A stretch of 64,000 bases of DNA from Scyliorhinus canicula. Lineage: Eukaryota. This document shows, one piece after another, positions 62,738 to 64,000 of the stretch (the stretch's first letter is position 1; each line of letters starts with the position of its first letter). The stretch is taken from contig NC_052170.1 in assembly GCF_902713615.1 (NCBI RefSeq), positions 2,604,001 to 2,668,000 of the forward strand. Reading direction: 5' to 3'. Under the pieces are notes generated by a model that was given only the letters and a program-made list of their open reading frames with translations, made no database searches and was not told the origin of the DNA. Position numbers and translations under genes: made by a program.

Positions 62738-62963
62738 TGTGTGTGCGTGGGTTTCCTCCGGGTGCTCCGGTTTCCTCCCACAGTCCAAAGATGTGCGGGT
62801 TAGGTGGATTGGCCATGCTAAATTGCCCGTAGTGTAAGGTTAATGGGGGGATTGTTGGGTTACGGGTATACGGGTTACGTGGGTTTAAGTAGGGTGATCA
62901 TTGTTCGGCACAACATCGAGGGCCGAAGGGCCTGTTCTGTGCTGTACTGTTCTATGTTCTATG
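62738..62963 (+). mobile_element. 5'-truncated V-SINE with alternative CR1 tail
   Basis: V-domain 3' half plus GGCCGAAGGGCCTGTTCTGTGCTGTACTGTTCTATGTTCTATG. Confidence 0.82.
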
Positions 62964-63409
62964 TACACAATGTTTCTCAGTTAGTAGAATAGGATTTCCC
63001 TTGGACTAATGACGTTTATTAATCAGTGTGCCAGCCAGACCTGCAGCCATGAGGCGGAATGGAAACAATTGAGAAGGATCAGTCTGAAATATTCTCCACT
63101 GCTTCCTCCTGATCTCGGGCTGCTATTCCAGAAACAGCGGAAGAACCTCCACTAACTGCCCTGATCTTATCCTCATCCCTGATGTCCACCAGGGGCCGCG
63201 GAGGAAGTGATCAGGAGTGTGAACTATTGTGTCTTGGGTCAAGTTACAAACTGACCGCAGTAATTGGCTTCCTGAGCAGAGTACAGGGTGGAATGTACAA
63301 TTTGATGGTGCCATTAGTGATGATAGGTTAAGTGTTGGTCTTGTGGCTGCCATTCGCATGTCCCAGTAACATCTTGTGTTCTTTGCCCTCTACCCCCCCT
63401 CCTGTGCAG

Positions 63410-63483
63410 ATTCTAGAGAGACTAATACAAAGATGCAGACAAGTGCAGTCACTGGATCCTGAACAGGAGCTGAAAGACATTAA
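63410..63483 (+). CDS. CCDC159: CCDC159 coding exon 8 (ILERLIQRCRQVQSLDPEQELKDI)
   Basis: Acceptor cctgtgcag|, donor AA|GTAGGT, phases 0 to 2. Resembles human ILTKM...QKELSDI. Confidence 0.82.
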
Positions 63484-63850
63484 GTAGGTGGCATAGAAAC
63501 TGGGTGGAAAGCAGAAATTGTGGGTGAATGGGATGGAATGATAAATACACTGCCTGGGTAATACTGATCCAGACAGAACAGCAAGGGTCCAAGCAGGACC
63601 CCCCAGACTTTGGGTTCCTGCTCCTGATTGCTATCCAGTAATCTTTACTGGGACAGGAGGAGAGCATTAGGCTGGGCTCTGCTGCCACTCACTGGCTGGG
63701 GTAACACAGAATGGCTTCTTGGTGAAGAAACACCCTAGGGGTTAGCAATGGTACAGAAACAGCCAACAAGAAAATGAACCCGAGGGTGGAGTGAGCGAGT
63801 GTGAGGAAGTTTGTAAACGTTTTGTATTCCCTACTTGTGTTTCCACACAG

Positions 63851-63936
63851 ATTAGCAATGATTGATATGCAGGAGCAGATTCAGAATCTTTGTTATTCCA
63901 ACAAACAAAACAATACCATTGCCAGGATTAAGAGAG
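63851..63936 (+). CDS. CCDC159: CCDC159 coding exon 9 (KLAMIDMQEQIQNLCYSNKQNNTIARIKR); gene continues beyond the window
   Basis: Acceptor ttccacacag|, donor AG|GTCAGT, phases 2 to 1, open frame. Confidence 0.8.
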
Positions 63937-64000
63937 GTCAGTCTGAACAGCATGGATTTTATAATCACTTGTTTTTAATAGCGTCCAACTTTAAAAAAAT

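Overview
Repeat-rich vertebrate genomic DNA, most likely from a cartilaginous fish (shark/catshark-like, inferred from the V-SINE/DeuSINE, CR1, Rex1, Penelope and L1/Tx1 content). Two spliced genes sit head-to-head on a CpG-rich bidirectional promoter at about 34.3-34.8 kb. TMEM205 (- strand) has three coding exons, 25438-25534, 24061-24224 and 22797-23099, giving 187 aa. CCDC159 (+ strand) has nine coding exons from 44387 to 63936 and continues past the window end. A probable non-coding first exon on the - strand at about 4.4-4.7 kb may belong to RAB3D, by synteny only. Roughly 30% of the window is minisatellite, and these arrays explain nearly all the long ORFs in the ORF track. I found no prokaryotic-type system or CRISPR array. 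The most unusual features are: minisatellites visibly seeded inside mobile elements (a 3.1-kb array bracketed by a 30-bp inverted SINE-head repeat, and a DeuSINE inflated to about 4.6 kb); modular head/body/tail swapping among SINEs, including a poly(A)/TSD form that appears to be L1-mobilised; multi-level nested insertions with readable TSDs; and decayed Penelope hammerhead motifs. Family assignments and human protein comparisons come from my recall of those sequences, not from database searches.
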